From the IMG/VR virus record IMGVR_UViG_3300042868_002233, positions 1-33,939 of that record: a stretch of DNA of 33,939 bases, one strand, 5' to 3'. The notes under the pieces were generated by a model. The model searched no databases and was not told the origin of the DNA. It saw only the letters and a list, made by a program, of their open reading frames with translations. The position numbers and the translations under genes were made by a program. This document shows positions 9,745 through 19,214 of this stretch, one piece after another (positions within the stretch are counted from its first letter, which is position 1; each line of letters starts with the position of its first letter). The DNA is from a virus. Taxonomy: Duplodnaviria; Caudoviricetes.

Positions 9745-12045
9745 TTAACTATAGTTAGCTGTAAATACTGCATGGATAGAGGTTGTTGTTCTAACTACAT
9801 AATCTATGCGATCAATAGCACCTGCTGCTGTACTAAGTGTAGGTGCAGTACCACCAGCAAAGTCGTAATAAGAACCATAAGCAAGAGTTCTACTTCCTGT
9901 GCCATCTTGAGTAATAAAGATAGAGCCTGATTGACCAGCTACTATGTTACTAGGGTTTGCTAGGGTGCGATTGCCACCTAGAGTAACAGAAAAGTTATTA
10001 GAATCTGCTAAATCAGGAGTAATGGTTGCACCATCAACTAATGCGGTAATTTCGCCTCTTTGACCTTTTGTAAAGGTTTGGGCTGTGTCAATTCCTGCAT
10101 AATCTGTACCTGCGGTGGCTGCGCTAAACGCTGAAGTGCCGTTACCTTTTAAAATTCCAGTAAGGGTTGTTGCTCCAGTTCCTCCATAAGCTACGCCAAT
10201 TGCATTAGTAGGGGTTAAAGATGTTGCAGTAAACGCGCCCGTTGAGGGGTTAAATTGCAGTTTGGTAGACGAAACATTGCCAGTTGTAATATTGCCAGTT
10301 GTCGCATCGGTAAAGGTTAAATAACGGGTTGCGTTAGTAGTTGTATCGTCAACAATAGCTAGGCCAGAGGCATTGGCCTGCCAGGTTGGGGCCGATGCGC
10401 CATTGGAGGTCAATACATACCCAGCCGTTCCGGTTGATCCAGCAAGCGCCAGGGTACTTGTAATGTCTAAGGTTGTAACTTTAGCGGCTGCTGCAGTTGT
10501 AGCGCCAATGGTCATGTTGTTTATTGTTCCAACACTCGTTGGTGCAATTTCTAAGGACCCTGCACCAGTAGGTTTTATGTGGACATGACCAGTACCTGTA
10601 GGGCTAATGTCAATTTGTGCGTTTGTACCGTTTAAATTAGTAGAAACATTGACCGACAGATTATCGCCACCACCCGCGCCTACGCTTAATTGTGTGGTAC
10701 CAATAGAGTTTTTAAGGGCTAAACCGCCTGAATTGGTAGCTTGAACAAAAGGTGTTGTTACGCTTGTAGAGCCAGATAGTGTAGTAAAAGCGCCAGTATT
10801 TGCAGTTGTATTCCCAATAGTTGGGGGCGCGGATAAGTCTAGCGTACCGCCTAAAGTAACCGTTCCAGAGCCAGTAATTGGTCCGCCGGTAAGGGTTAAA
10901 CCGTTAACTGTGCCTGCAGTACCAACTGAGGTAACCGTTCCCGTGGTTGGTGTTGCGTATGTTGGTACTCCGCCAGCCAAAGTTAAGACCTGGCCGTTGC
11001 TACCAGCTGCTAAAAATGTTGTTGTTCCAGCGCTGCTTTGGTAAGGAATTGAGCCAGTTGCGCCGCCTGCAATATTGGTTGCCGTGGTAGCTGTAGTGGC
11101 CGTGGTCGCAGTTGTTGCGGTGGCTGCGTTACCCGAAATTGATCCAGTAATTGTGGCGCTGACCGTAAGGCCAGACAAAGTTCCAACCGCGGTGATACCG
11201 GTATAAGACCCCGAAATACGCGCAGAATCAATAGTTCCAGAGGTAATTGCCGAGCCTGCAATGGCAATACTTGTATTGGTTGCGCTAGTAATTTGACCTT
11301 GGAGATTAACCGCAATCGCTGGAACAGTAGAGGCCGATCCATAAGTTGCAGCAGTTACACCAGTATTGGTGATATTAAAAGTATCGCCGCCAGACAAATT
11401 AAGGCCGGTGCCAGCAAAATATACGCCGCCGACTGAAAAGTTATTCCAAGTAATTGCTGTAACGCCTAAAGTGCCGCCTGGCTGAATAGGGCAATAATAT
11501 GCTGCGCCTGCTTGTCCGCCGCTTTCTATAAAAACTAAAGCCGATACCAACTCATCCCATAGATTTGCATCGGGAGAGCGGGTCCATGCTCCGGCAGCTG
11601 CATCATAAATACCATTGTCTGCTTGATTTGTTTGGTTTTTAACCAATACTCGGTCACCAGCAACAACCGAAACCGTGTCAATTGTTTGCGCACCAGACAG
11701 GGTAATGTTGGCCGTTGTACCCGCAACTACTGGTTGTTTCCACGAAATACCCAAAGCCAAAGAATCAACATACAGTTTGGTCGTTAAATCATTATTACCT
11801 ACTGGTTGATTGGTTGAACTTGCGCTAGTAAACGCAGCCAATGCCGGAGTTGTAACCCCAATGGTTGTGCTATTAATCGTGCTATTGGTAATGCTTACCC
11901 CATCTAGATTGGGGTTTGTAGGAGCAAAAAACGGTGTTCCAGCAGGTCCAATTAAGTTAATGCACTCATACGGCGGCAAGGGCTCAAAAGTCCCTTGGAC
12001 CGGCACTATATTGGTTGTTATAGTCTTTGCGGTGTCGTTGGACAT
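9745..12045 (-). CDS. Tail fibre-like protein, 766 aa
   Basis: Thr/Gly/Ala/Ser-rich, with modules TKLYVD, LSGAQTID..GDRVLVKNQ..NGIY, GTVTSV, GGTGATT and ITQDGTGSRTLA typical of phage fibres. Confidence 0.75.
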   Translation of the reverse strand: MSNDTAKTITTNIVPVQGTFEPLPPYECINLIGPAGTPFFAPTNPNLDGVSITNSTINSTTIGVTTPALAAFTSASSTNQPVGNNDLTTKLYVDSLALGISWKQPVVAGTTANITLSGAQTIDTVSVVAGDRVLVKNQTNQADNGIYDAAAGAWTRSPDANLWDELVSALVFIESGGQAGAAYYCPIQPGGTLGVTAITWNNFSVGGVYFAGTGLNLSGGDTFNITNTGVTAATYGSASTVPAIAVNLQGQITSATNTSIAIAGSAITSGTIDSARISGSYTGITAVGTLSGLTVSATITGSISGNAATATTATTATTATTATNIAGGATGSIPYQSSAGTTTFLAAGSNGQVLTLAGGVPTYATPTTGTVTSVGTAGTVNGLTLTGGPITGSGTVTLGGTLDLSAPPTIGNTTANTGAFTTLSGSTSVTTPFVQATNSGGLALKNSIGTTQLSVGAGGGDNLSVNVSTNLNGTNAQIDISPTGTGHVHIKPTGAGSLEIAPTSVGTINNMTIGATTAAAAKVTTLDITSTLALAGSTGTAGYVLTSNGASAPTWQANASGLAIVDDTTTNATRYLTFTDATTGNITTGNVSSTKLQFNPSTGAFTATSLTPTNAIGVAYGGTGATTLTGILKGNGTSAFSAATAGTDYAGIDTAQTFTKGQRGEITALVDGATITPDLADSNNFSVTLGGNRTLANPSNIVAGQSGSIFITQDGTGSRTLAYGSYYDFAGGTAPTLSTAAGAIDRIDYVVRTTTSIHAVFTANYS

Positions 12046-12055
12046 GGTAAATCCC

Positions 12056-12388
12056 TTATTCGTTGGCTACAAGAGTCAAATAGAGCGAGTTAGTGCCTGA
12101 CGAAATAGCCTTAATAAAAAAGTTGGGTCTTGGGCAATCAATAATAATTGGCAAAAACATACTTGGGGCCAAGATAAATGAACCGCTGCCACCCGTTGAC
12201 GCAATGGCTGGTGTAGCCATATTGGTAGATGTTGTGCCAAAAGTAATCGCTGCCGTACCCGTTCCAGTATTTAGGATGGCCACGCGAAATGCAATGGTTG
12301 GCGTATCTGGTATTAATTGCAAAGCGGATGATGCAGCAGTAGTAAGGTCCAACCGAAAAGTTGGGGAAAGAATCTTTAGAGAGTCCAT
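12056..12388 (-). CDS. Hypothetical beta-rich virion protein, 110 aa
   Basis: ORF with GAGG RBS, first gene after the capsid-operon terminator. Confidence 0.65.
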   Translation of the reverse strand: MDSLKILSPTFRLDLTTAASSALQLIPDTPTIAFRVAILNTGTGTAAITFGTTSTNMATPAIASTGGSGSFILAPSMFLPIIIDCPRPNFFIKAISSGTNSLYLTLVANE

Positions 12389-12452
12389 GATTATCCTCGT
12401 AATAGAGATGTTTAAATTATCCTATGTTTTTAGGTTTTTAAGCCATAAAAAC

Positions 12453-12488
12453 AAAAAAAAGGCCACCTCTTTTGGAGAATGGCCTTTT
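12453..12488 (-). terminator. Rho-independent terminator after the coat/decoration genes
   Basis: Minus strand AAAAGGCCA-TTCTCCAAAAGAGG-TGGCC-TTTTTTTT: GC-rich stem followed by a U8 tract, just downstream of the stop at 12505. Confidence 0.85.
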
Positions 12489-12504
12489 CAGGTCTCATGC
12501 GGGA

Positions 12505-12744
12505 TTAAGTCGCAATGAGCCCTTTGTTACGCAGCGCAACCAAAATTGCATTTACAGCGGTTGCAATTTCCGTACCTGTGGCGCTATTGCCAAGGTTTGT
12601 AATTGCAGCTGCCTGAATAACAGGGGTTGAGCCATGAAACGCCAATTTGTCTGCTGCGGCACCGGCGATTTGTACGCCGTCTGTTGAGTCACCGTTAAAC
12701 AGGAAATTGGTTGTTTGGGTAGTTGCTGGTCCTGGATTTGGCAT
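12505..12744 (-). CDS. Small capsid-associated (decoration-like) protein, 79 aa
   Basis: Immediately follows the coat gene, with AGGA RBS; C-terminal VNAILVALRNKGLIA helix. Confidence 0.6.
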   Translation of the reverse strand: MPNPGPATTQTTNFLFNGDSTDGVQIAGAAADKLAFHGSTPVIQAAAITNLGNSATGTEIATAVNAILVALRNKGLIAT

Positions 12745-12762
12745 GATAAGGTTCCTTTCCTA

Positions 12763-14010
12763 TTAAGCTGCAACGCGGCAGGCGAGTTCTGGGTAAAGCG
12801 GAGCCCAGCCGTATAAGACATCTAAACGGGTTGGGATGGAGTCGTTGTTAATGGTGTATTGACGCACCACACGAATCGACAATCCGTTGTCCTTATCGCT
12901 TGCACGGCCTGCAAAATGTACGCCGTCTGGCAATTGGAGGTCAGCAGTAGCCAAGGTAAACGCATTGCGATGGAACACCAAGTTCTGCGGGCTGACAATA
13001 CCAGTTTTGTTAAATGGTGTCACAGCTGCAGTTGCAGATGTGCTTGCCACGGTTACATTTTGGAATTGACCAGCAGTAATAATTGCAGGGCTAACGATTA
13101 CAGTTGCTGATCCACCACTAGTAATTGTTACATCGGCAGTTACTACAAAGTTACGCAATACATTGCCGCCGTAGGGCTGGCGGTTCTGTGGGTTGACTGC
13201 AAACACACCAGCAATCTGAATGGTATCGCCTTGCTTTAATACGGCATTAGCGGTAACAGCAGAGATGGTGATGGATGAAGTCTGAGCCCAGCCAGTTGTC
13301 AACGAACCTGTAAATGTAGAGGTATTCGTAGTCATTGTGGCCGTTGCATAAGAACCGTAGGTATGGGACACGATGTTTTGGTCCATATACCAGTTCATAC
13401 CAATGGTGTCGCGACCCATCATGCCTTTTTCGTACTGACCAGCGATGGAACCTTGGGGGTTAAATAAACCCTTTAAAGAACCAACAATTGAGGCACCTGT
13501 AAAGGGATCAACCACGCAAGAACGCTTACCATCACGGGGAGCGCCTTCACCATCCAAGAAAGCCTGGGCGGTCAAGAATGTTGCGATGTCAGATGGAACT
13601 ACACCAGCTGTACCAACGGTATTAGCGGTGTTATCTACTGCCATTGTGGTGCCGTCAAAATCAATTTTGTTGGCAATTGCAGCAATCGCTGGCTTCAATA
13701 CACGGTCCGAGAACATATCTAACGACAAAGACAAGTCTTGAGTCGTAAATTGTGTGTCCACATGGAACTGGGTACTGAGGGTTACGGGTGATGAAGTCTC
13801 GTTAAAGTCCTCAACATTCAGCGCTGGGCCGGTCGTACCGATAAAACGGCCAGGACGGCGTACATTGACTGTGTTACCAATCTTTGCACCGACAACCGCA
13901 AACTGGTCATCATAGTTACGGTCTACACGACCAGTAAAGGTCAAACTGTTTTCCAAGACCATCAACGCCTCGTTGGTGATCATGGAGATGGTTAGCAAGT
14001 TATTTGCCAT
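12763..14010 (-). CDS. Major capsid protein, P22 coat (gp5) family, 415 aa
   Basis: MANNLLT.SMITNEAL.VLEN; KIGNTVNVRRP; C-terminal RLDVLYGW..LYPELACR; GGAG RBS; follows the scaffold gene. Confidence 0.93.
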   Translation of the reverse strand: MANNLLTISMITNEALMVLENSLTFTGRVDRNYDDQFAVVGAKIGNTVNVRRPGRFIGTTGPALNVEDFNETSSPVTLSTQFHVDTQFTTQDLSLSLDMFSDRVLKPAIAAIANKIDFDGTTMAVDNTANTVGTAGVVPSDIATFLTAQAFLDGEGAPRDGKRSCVVDPFTGASIVGSLKGLFNPQGSIAGQYEKGMMGRDTIGMNWYMDQNIVSHTYGSYATATMTTNTSTFTGSLTTGWAQTSSITISAVTANAVLKQGDTIQIAGVFAVNPQNRQPYGGNVLRNFVVTADVTITSGGSATVIVSPAIITAGQFQNVTVASTSATAAVTPFNKTGIVSPQNLVFHRNAFTLATADLQLPDGVHFAGRASDKDNGLSIRVVRQYTINNDSIPTRLDVLYGWAPLYPELACRVAA

Positions 14011-14043
14011 GGTAATTCTCCAAATTAATTTTAAAGTTACCCG

Positions 14044-14970
14044 TCATCGAATCTTTCCAGAGGCCCTTGCAGCTTTCCATTGCTGGTAGGTGCCATGAAA
14101 TTTACGGTCAGAATCCAACGCAATATCGCTAGGATTCCCACCGGTTTTCAGCGGACTAATCGGTGCCGGAGCATTAGACTTCTTCGCAACAGGTTCTCTT
14201 ACGCTCGGTTTAGCCGGTTCTGATTTCTCAAATTTAGCCTCTAAACGCCCAATGGCACGGAGTTGTGAGGTAATGGATTTCTCCGCCAACTCACGAGCAA
14301 AATCAGGATTTTCGGCCAAGTAATATAGGAGTTGTGGGCCTACATCACTCTCAATAATTGCATCGGTGACCGGTTGTGACACCGAGACATCGCTTGACGC
14401 AATCATTTCCTCGTAATCCGGCATATCTTGTTTCGCAACATCTAGTCGATCTTGAAACTTCTGCCGCATCCGCGACTGTTCCTCCTCAACCTTGCGAGCA
14501 AGTTCTGCTTGATCCCGCTCCCGCATCTTTCGATCAGTAGTCCACTCGGCCAGAGCCTCAGCATACTCTAAGGCATCATTGAATTGCGCTGGGTCTGGTT
14601 TAGGGTCAGGTTCTTCCGATTTCGGCGGATTTAACTTGCCTTCCAAATCCTTAATACGCGCCTCAAGAGCCTCACGAGCAGTACGCTCACGGTCCGCATC
14701 TTGGCGAGCCGCTTCGCGCTGCTTGGTCAGTTCCGAAAACCGCTTTTCAAGTTTCGGGTTGTGCTTCTTTTCACCTGCTACAGCATCTGTTTCTGCGTCT
14801 GGTTCACTCCGCTCTTGCTCAACAACCGGCTCCGCATCTGCGGCCTCAGTTGGAGACTCTTGAGTGGCTAAACCAAGTTTTTGTGCATGAAACTCAGCTA
14901 AATTCTCACTTGTTACTAAGTTACCAGCTTGTTTCCTTACCGGTTCCTGTGCTACTTCTGCATCGGACAT
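14044..14970 (-). CDS. Scaffolding protein, 308 aa
   Basis: Acidic coiled-coil (LEKRFSELTKQR), GPQLLYYLAENP, SNAPAPISP and a basic C-terminus; lies between portal and coat. Confidence 0.85.
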   Translation of the reverse strand: MSDAEVAQEPVRKQAGNLVTSENLAEFHAQKLGLATQESPTEAADAEPVVEQERSEPDAETDAVAGEKKHNPKLEKRFSELTKQREAARQDADRERTAREALEARIKDLEGKLNPPKSEEPDPKPDPAQFNDALEYAEALAEWTTDRKMRERDQAELARKVEEEQSRMRQKFQDRLDVAKQDMPDYEEMIASSDVSVSQPVTDAIIESDVGPQLLYYLAENPDFARELAEKSITSQLRAIGRLEAKFEKSEPAKPSVREPVAKKSNAPAPISPLKTGGNPSDIALDSDRKFHGTYQQWKAARASGKIR

Positions 14971-14987
14971 GGATTAACTCCAAGAAT

Positions 14988-15013
14988 AAACCCGATGAAC
15001 CCATCGGTAGGTT
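14988..15013 (-). promoter_or_regulatory. Leader hairpin upstream of the scaffold RBS
   Basis: CCGATG-GGTT-CATCGG stem-loop (14992-15007) about 10 nt upstream of the GGAG RBS. Confidence 0.5.
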
Positions 15014-15019
15014 AAATCT

Positions 15020-15048
15020 ATTAGAAACTGTTTTTCAATAGTTGTCAA
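15020..15048 (-). promoter_or_regulatory. Possible sigma70-type promoter for scaffold/coat
   Basis: TTGACA (15048-15043), 17-nt spacer, TCTAAT (15025-15020). The -10 lacks the conserved -11 A and the -35 includes the portal stop codon. Confidence 0.4.
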
Positions 15049-17297
15049 CGAGGTCCCATTGGTACGCCAGGAATGGCCGGTTGTTCTAACGGCTGCGGTT
15101 GCATCTGTTGTGCAGCAAACTGCGCAATCATTTGGTCATCCATTGCGGGGTTAGTCAAAGGTTCTTGGGCAATTGCCATCTCCTGCTGCAAGAATGGTGA
15201 CTCATTCATATTGACCTCGCTCTCAGCAAACGCGGCCACTTGGCCTTGTTCGGCATCTCTGCGATTCATTTCTTGCTGCAATGCGCGTGAGTCCATGCCC
15301 TTTAACAGCAGTTTGGTAATAGCGTCTAACTCAGTTCGGTTCTGGTCGGTAATCGACTTCATGTTGGTCTGATTAACTTTAGCCTCGTTGATGGTCTCGG
15401 TGTTATACGCTCTAGAGGTTACATCCATCAATTTGCGCTTGGTCTGACCTTCTTCTTTCATGCGCTGCACATCGGTTTGGTGCTGCAAGTTCATGGTCAA
15501 GGCCGCAATCTGTTGCTGCATATCGGCAACCATCTTTTGGCTGGCCATCAACTGCATCTGGACCTGTGGCGGAATGTCTGATTTTTCGTCAATTTGGGCT
15601 AATGGGTTCATTGCGGCCAAACGGTCAGCAATCACATCTGCGCCTGGAAAGTCCATGTTGCGGAATATTAAATCACCGGCAGCTTGGAATAATTCAGGGT
15701 TAGATTGGATGAGAGGAATCATCGACTCAACTGCCTCCTGGCGCTTAGATTGGTAGCCTGGGCCAGTATCCATGTAAACATCATATTCGCCCACGGTGAC
15801 ATCATTTAGTATCTTTTCCGCGCCTGATTCGTCCACGGCGCGTTGGTTAATCGTTACCATTTCGGGCTGGTTATCGTAGCCAATAATCCGCATTACGCGC
15901 TCTTTGTCATAAATCCTTGGGATAAGGTCTAAGATTACGCGCCCAGTTTGCTTGAGTGAGCGGGTCAAATTGTCGTAATAATGGAAGTTTGACATATCAA
16001 TCTGCATCTGCTGGCCACGAATAGCCTTACCAGATTGATTGCCTTGCGCCATCATATTTGGGTCAAATATGCCCACTACGGTTTGCAGGTCATTGTTGAT
16101 AGCACTTGTAGCCTCAACGATGCCGGCAGCTGGTGGCTCTGGTTGCAATCTAACCGGTACTGGAGCGGGTTGTCCCTCAATGTCTTTTTGCTTATAACGC
16201 AATACCGGCGTTGCCTTGATGTTAGCCAGGTTCCACTCGTTCTCATGGCCCTCATCTTGACCCTCTGCCAATAGCCATTTAGCCTTGGGCGCAAGAGCTA
16301 CAGACTCGGTCAGAGCGGTACGCCAGTAGTTGTACATCCGCTGCGGGTCCTTGGCCATGCGCACAATGCCATACTTCTTGCGCTTATCGTCCACTACCAA
16401 CTGTTGGCCATAGACGGGAACAATCGGAATGTACTTACCGGCCCAAGTGGATTCCTCTAAGATTTCTATGCCGGTCAGCTTGGCCCATTTAATGGTCTTG
16501 CGCATCGTTTCACGCTCGGCCACCACTTCAATGCCGGCTGCCATCATCATCTCATCGCTGGGCGCGTCATCTTTATAGACTTGCGTACCATCGGAAAGCA
16601 TGAGCAATTTGGTCTTTTTGCGCTCGGTATACCACCACTCAGCGATCCGGATGTCATCTTTCATAATCCATTCGGCATCCGCGTCTCCAGTTCCACGCAT
16701 ATTAAAGTTACCGCCATCGTCCGCGTTAGGGTATTGGGCCTTAAATTCTTTCTTGCTCATTACCTCAGTAATTAGGCAGCACTCGGCATCTGCGCCATCT
16801 GGCATCTGACTGTTAGGGTCAAAGTAGACGGTAAAAGGGTTGGCAATCGGCTTAATGTAGATTTCTTGATCAAATGAGTCTGCCCGTGTGTAGTCGGTAA
16901 CAACGCGCCAGTAACCCCAGCCCATCCGGACCGCAAACTCAAAGGCCGTATCGTAGGCGGTGTCCGCGTCCGAGTTGACCTCAATATGCTTAAAGATGCC
17001 CGTCAGGATGTCTGCTACCTTGGCGTTGGCTGCCGAGTTCATCGAGTGCGCTTTCATGCGGGGTCTTGCTTGGCGCTGCTGATTACAGACCTGGCGGATA
17101 AAGCCATCTAGTTTGTTAATCGTTAAACAGGGTCTGGCCTCAAGATTTCTAGAGTTTTGCACCTCTACTGGCCATTGATCCCCAGCGGAGAATTTAAGGT
17201 CATCCAAGGCATCTTGGCGATTGTAAGAGTCCGCATCATTGGCGAATCTCAGATATTTCTGTGCGTCTTGTATACGCTGGTCGTTTGCCATAGTCAT
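15045..17297 (-). CDS. Portal protein, P22-like, about 750 aa
   Basis: DDLKFSAGDQW, RPCLTINKL, G.GYWRV, YIPIVPVYG, GIVRMAKDPQRMYN, TVGEYDV.MDTGP.Y.SKRQE; Gln-rich C-terminal barrel. Start uncertain (17306, 17297 or 17291). Confidence 0.92.
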   Translation of the reverse strand: MTMANDQRIQDAQKYLRFANDADSYNRQDALDDLKFSAGDQWPVEVQNSRNLEARPCLTINKLDGFIRQVCNQQRQARPRMKAHSMNSAANAKVADILTGIFKHIEVNSDADTAYDTAFEFAVRMGWGYWRVVTDYTRADSFDQEIYIKPIANPFTVYFDPNSQMPDGADAECCLITEVMSKKEFKAQYPNADDGGNFNMRGTGDADAEWIMKDDIRIAEWWYTERKKTKLLMLSDGTQVYKDDAPSDEMMMAAGIEVVAERETMRKTIKWAKLTGIEILEESTWAGKYIPIVPVYGQQLVVDDKRKKYGIVRMAKDPQRMYNYWRTALTESVALAPKAKWLLAEGQDEGHENEWNLANIKATPVLRYKQKDIEGQPAPVPVRLQPEPPAAGIVEATSAINNDLQTVVGIFDPNMMAQGNQSGKAIRGQQMQIDMSNFHYYDNLTRSLKQTGRVILDLIPRIYDKERVMRIIGYDNQPEMVTINQRAVDESGAEKILNDVTVGEYDVYMDTGPGYQSKRQEAVESMIPLIQSNPELFQAAGDLIFRNMDFPGADVIADRLAAMNPLAQIDEKSDIPPQVQMQLMASQKMVADMQQQIAALTMNLQHQTDVQRMKEEGQTKRKLMDVTSRAYNTETINEAKVNQTNMKSITDQNRTELDAITKLLLKGMDSRALQQEMNRRDAEQGQVAAFAESEVNMNESPFLQQEMAIAQEPLTNPAMDDQMIAQFAAQQMQPQPLEQPAIPGVPMGPR

Positions 17298-18571
17298 CCC
17301 ATCCATGATCCAGCCGGTTGTTGCACGGCTCGTTTTACTACCGATTTGCGGGGCTCATTCACCACTAAACCTAGATATTTAAACGCATCGGCACCGTGCG
17401 AAAAGATATCGTGCAGCGGCGTTTTACTGAATTGCTTGGTATCTGGGTCCACATCATATCGGTAATGTCTTAAACATTGTAATCCTTGATGGCAATTTTC
17501 TCTATCAAAATAACACTTGTTGAATATTGTTCTGGCTGCATTGATAGAGTCCGCAGTTGGGGTCCTTGGCACAATTTGCACCTTGTAACCGGCTGCCCTC
17601 ACAATGTCGGCAATCGAGCGCCCAGCAGCTGCCAGAGTTGAGTTCTCAGCATCATGCGGCAGCCAAATGGTGTCGTAGTGATACCCAAACTTCTGCATCT
17701 CGGCCATGTAAAAGGACATGGTCTTTTGATTGTCCTCAATGTACTTGATCAATCTGATCTCAAACCCAATAAATTGCACAAACCAAATGGCCGTATTGTC
17801 GGACCAGCCAAGGTCAAAGACCGCATGAACCCCTTTCATTTGATCGTAAGGGACTTTAGTAATTCGCCCCTCAAGGTCAGCTAGGGTTATCTCGTTACCG
17901 AATACCGCTCCATCCACGGTCTTACGGCAGATGCCCTCCCAGACTGTGTTGTAGGCCTCGATGTCCCGCATATGGAGATTGTCTTTTTCCTCCCGCAGCG
18001 TCTGGGGAAACCAAGGGTTATCGCGCCAGGTAATCTTTTGGACTATTGCGTTATTTGGTGGAGACACTACAAAACGCTGGTAGGTGTCATCGGTCTCTAG
18101 TTCCGGATTAAAGGTAATCCATATTTCAGAGTTGTCCTTACGGATCGTAGGAATCAGGACATTCCAGCTAGTTTTGGAAACAGTCTGCGCCTCCTCAACC
18201 CAGCAAATGTTGACACCCTCAAAGGATTTGACATTAGTAATATTGTTTTTTAGGCCAATAAAGAAGAACTCGGACCCATTCTTACCGCGAATGCTGGTCT
18301 GGGTGACCTCGTAAAAGGACTCTAAGCCTAGACTGTCAATCTGGTCTGTCAGCAGCTTATGGACAGAATCCTTAATCGAAACCTGAAACTCACGAGCGCA
18401 AAGGATGCGGATGGGGTCTTTGGCTGCCTTAATTAATAACGCCCTGGCAACTCCCCAAGACTTAGCGCCACCGCGCCCACCATAAAGAATCTTGTATCGT
18501 TTGGGCTCAAACAGAAAAGCCAGCTTTACGGGGAATTCAGCGTTAGCTACTGCGTCTACAGTCTCAAGCAT
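17294..18571 (-). CDS. terL: Terminase large subunit (PBSX-like family), 425 aa
   Basis: Walker A YGGRGGAKS, Walker B CWVEEA, TFNP coupling motif, nuclease motifs FDLGWSD and SHGADAFKY. Confidence 0.95.
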   Translation of the reverse strand: MLETVDAVANAEFPVKLAFLFEPKRYKILYGGRGGAKSWGVARALLIKAAKDPIRILCAREFQVSIKDSVHKLLTDQIDSLGLESFYEVTQTSIRGKNGSEFFFIGLKNNITNVKSFEGVNICWVEEAQTVSKTSWNVLIPTIRKDNSEIWITFNPELETDDTYQRFVVSPPNNAIVQKITWRDNPWFPQTLREEKDNLHMRDIEAYNTVWEGICRKTVDGAVFGNEITLADLEGRITKVPYDQMKGVHAVFDLGWSDNTAIWFVQFIGFEIRLIKYIEDNQKTMSFYMAEMQKFGYHYDTIWLPHDAENSTLAAAGRSIADIVRAAGYKVQIVPRTPTADSINAARTIFNKCYFDRENCHQGLQCLRHYRYDVDPDTKQFSKTPLHDIFSHGADAFKYLGLVVNEPRKSVVKRAVQQPAGSWMG

Positions 18572-18833
18572 CTTGGGGTTTTACGAACATAACTTGGATG
18601 CCGGCTAAGAGCGGAGTTCCATCGGTATTTTCCATCTGGTTGATCTGCACAGCTTTACCATCAAGCCGGTCAATAACCTCTTTCACCGCCCAGGCCTCGC
18701 CTTGTTCAGCTTGCGTGATCAGCTGCTTAACAATGTTTTCCAGCTTTTGAGGTTCTTGGGTCAGCACCTTTCGGAGCTTGTCATAGAACATCTTGCCCTT
18801 TACAGCATTAGAATTTCCTATCGGTGCGGCCAT
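18564..18833 (-). CDS. terS: Terminase small subunit (putative), about 89 aa
   Basis: MAAP.GN.NA.KG N-terminus; A..GE.WAVKEVIDRLDGKA; overlaps the terL start. Confidence 0.75.
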   Translation of the reverse strand: MAAPIGNSNAVKGKMFYDKLRKVLTQEPQKLENIVKQLITQAEQGEAWAVKEVIDRLDGKAVQINQMENTDGTPLLAGIQVMFVKPQDA

Positions 18834-18886
18834 AGTGATTAACTCAATCAATAAGTTCCAGTAACTAAATAATAAATCGTTTCTTG

Positions 18887-18921
18887 TTGTTTGTGTTAAT
18901 CTTATGCTGTAAACTGTTTAC
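18887..18921 (+). promoter_or_regulatory. Putative promoter with an overlapping palindromic operator
   Basis: TTGTTT (18887-92), 17 nt, TAAACT (18910-15). The perfect palindrome GTAAAC-T-GTTTAC (18909-18921) covers the -10. GGAGG RBS at 18928-32. Confidence 0.5.
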
Positions 18922-18936
18922 TCTTATGGAGGAGTT

Positions 18937-19008
18937 ATGGAAATAATCAAATCGGAGTTTTGGCATATCCTACAAAAACATATTGCTTTAAGAAAGGGTC
19001 AAAAATGA
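18937..19008 (+). CDS. 23-aa peptide MEIIKSEFWHILQKHIALRKGQK (not in ORF track)
   Basis: Strong GGAGG RBS; stop overlaps the next start (ATGA 19005-19008). Confidence 0.5.
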   Translation: MEIIKSEFWHILQKHIALRKGQK

Positions 19009-19214
19009 AACGAATAGTCTTTTACTGTGGCGTTAATGTAGAAACTGGTGACGCTTATGTCCGCAACGCACCAGAGTATCTTGCAATGACTAATGAGGAG
19101 CGCATAAACGCCTTATCCTTAATAGTTAACGAGTTGTCCCAAGAATTGAGGTTTGTTTCTGCTCAACTCAATACCCAAGAAACTGCATTAGAGGGTCCAA
19201 AGTTTCTTGAGTAA
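19005..19214 (+). CDS. Hypothetical 69-aa protein, antisense to the late operon
   Basis: ATG coupled to the upstream peptide; 3' end overlaps the 463-aa minus-strand gene by 47 nt. Confidence 0.6.
   Translation: MKRIVFYCGVNVETGDAYVRNAPEYLAMTNEERINALSLIVNELSQELRFVSAQLNTQETALEGPKFLE

Noticed and set aside
11078-11130. ATT/ATA low-complexity repeats in the fibre gene as a diversity-generating or VNTR element
   Set aside because: Codons are degenerate, consistent with ordinary fibre coiled-coil repeats. No reverse transcriptase or TR/VR pair was seen.
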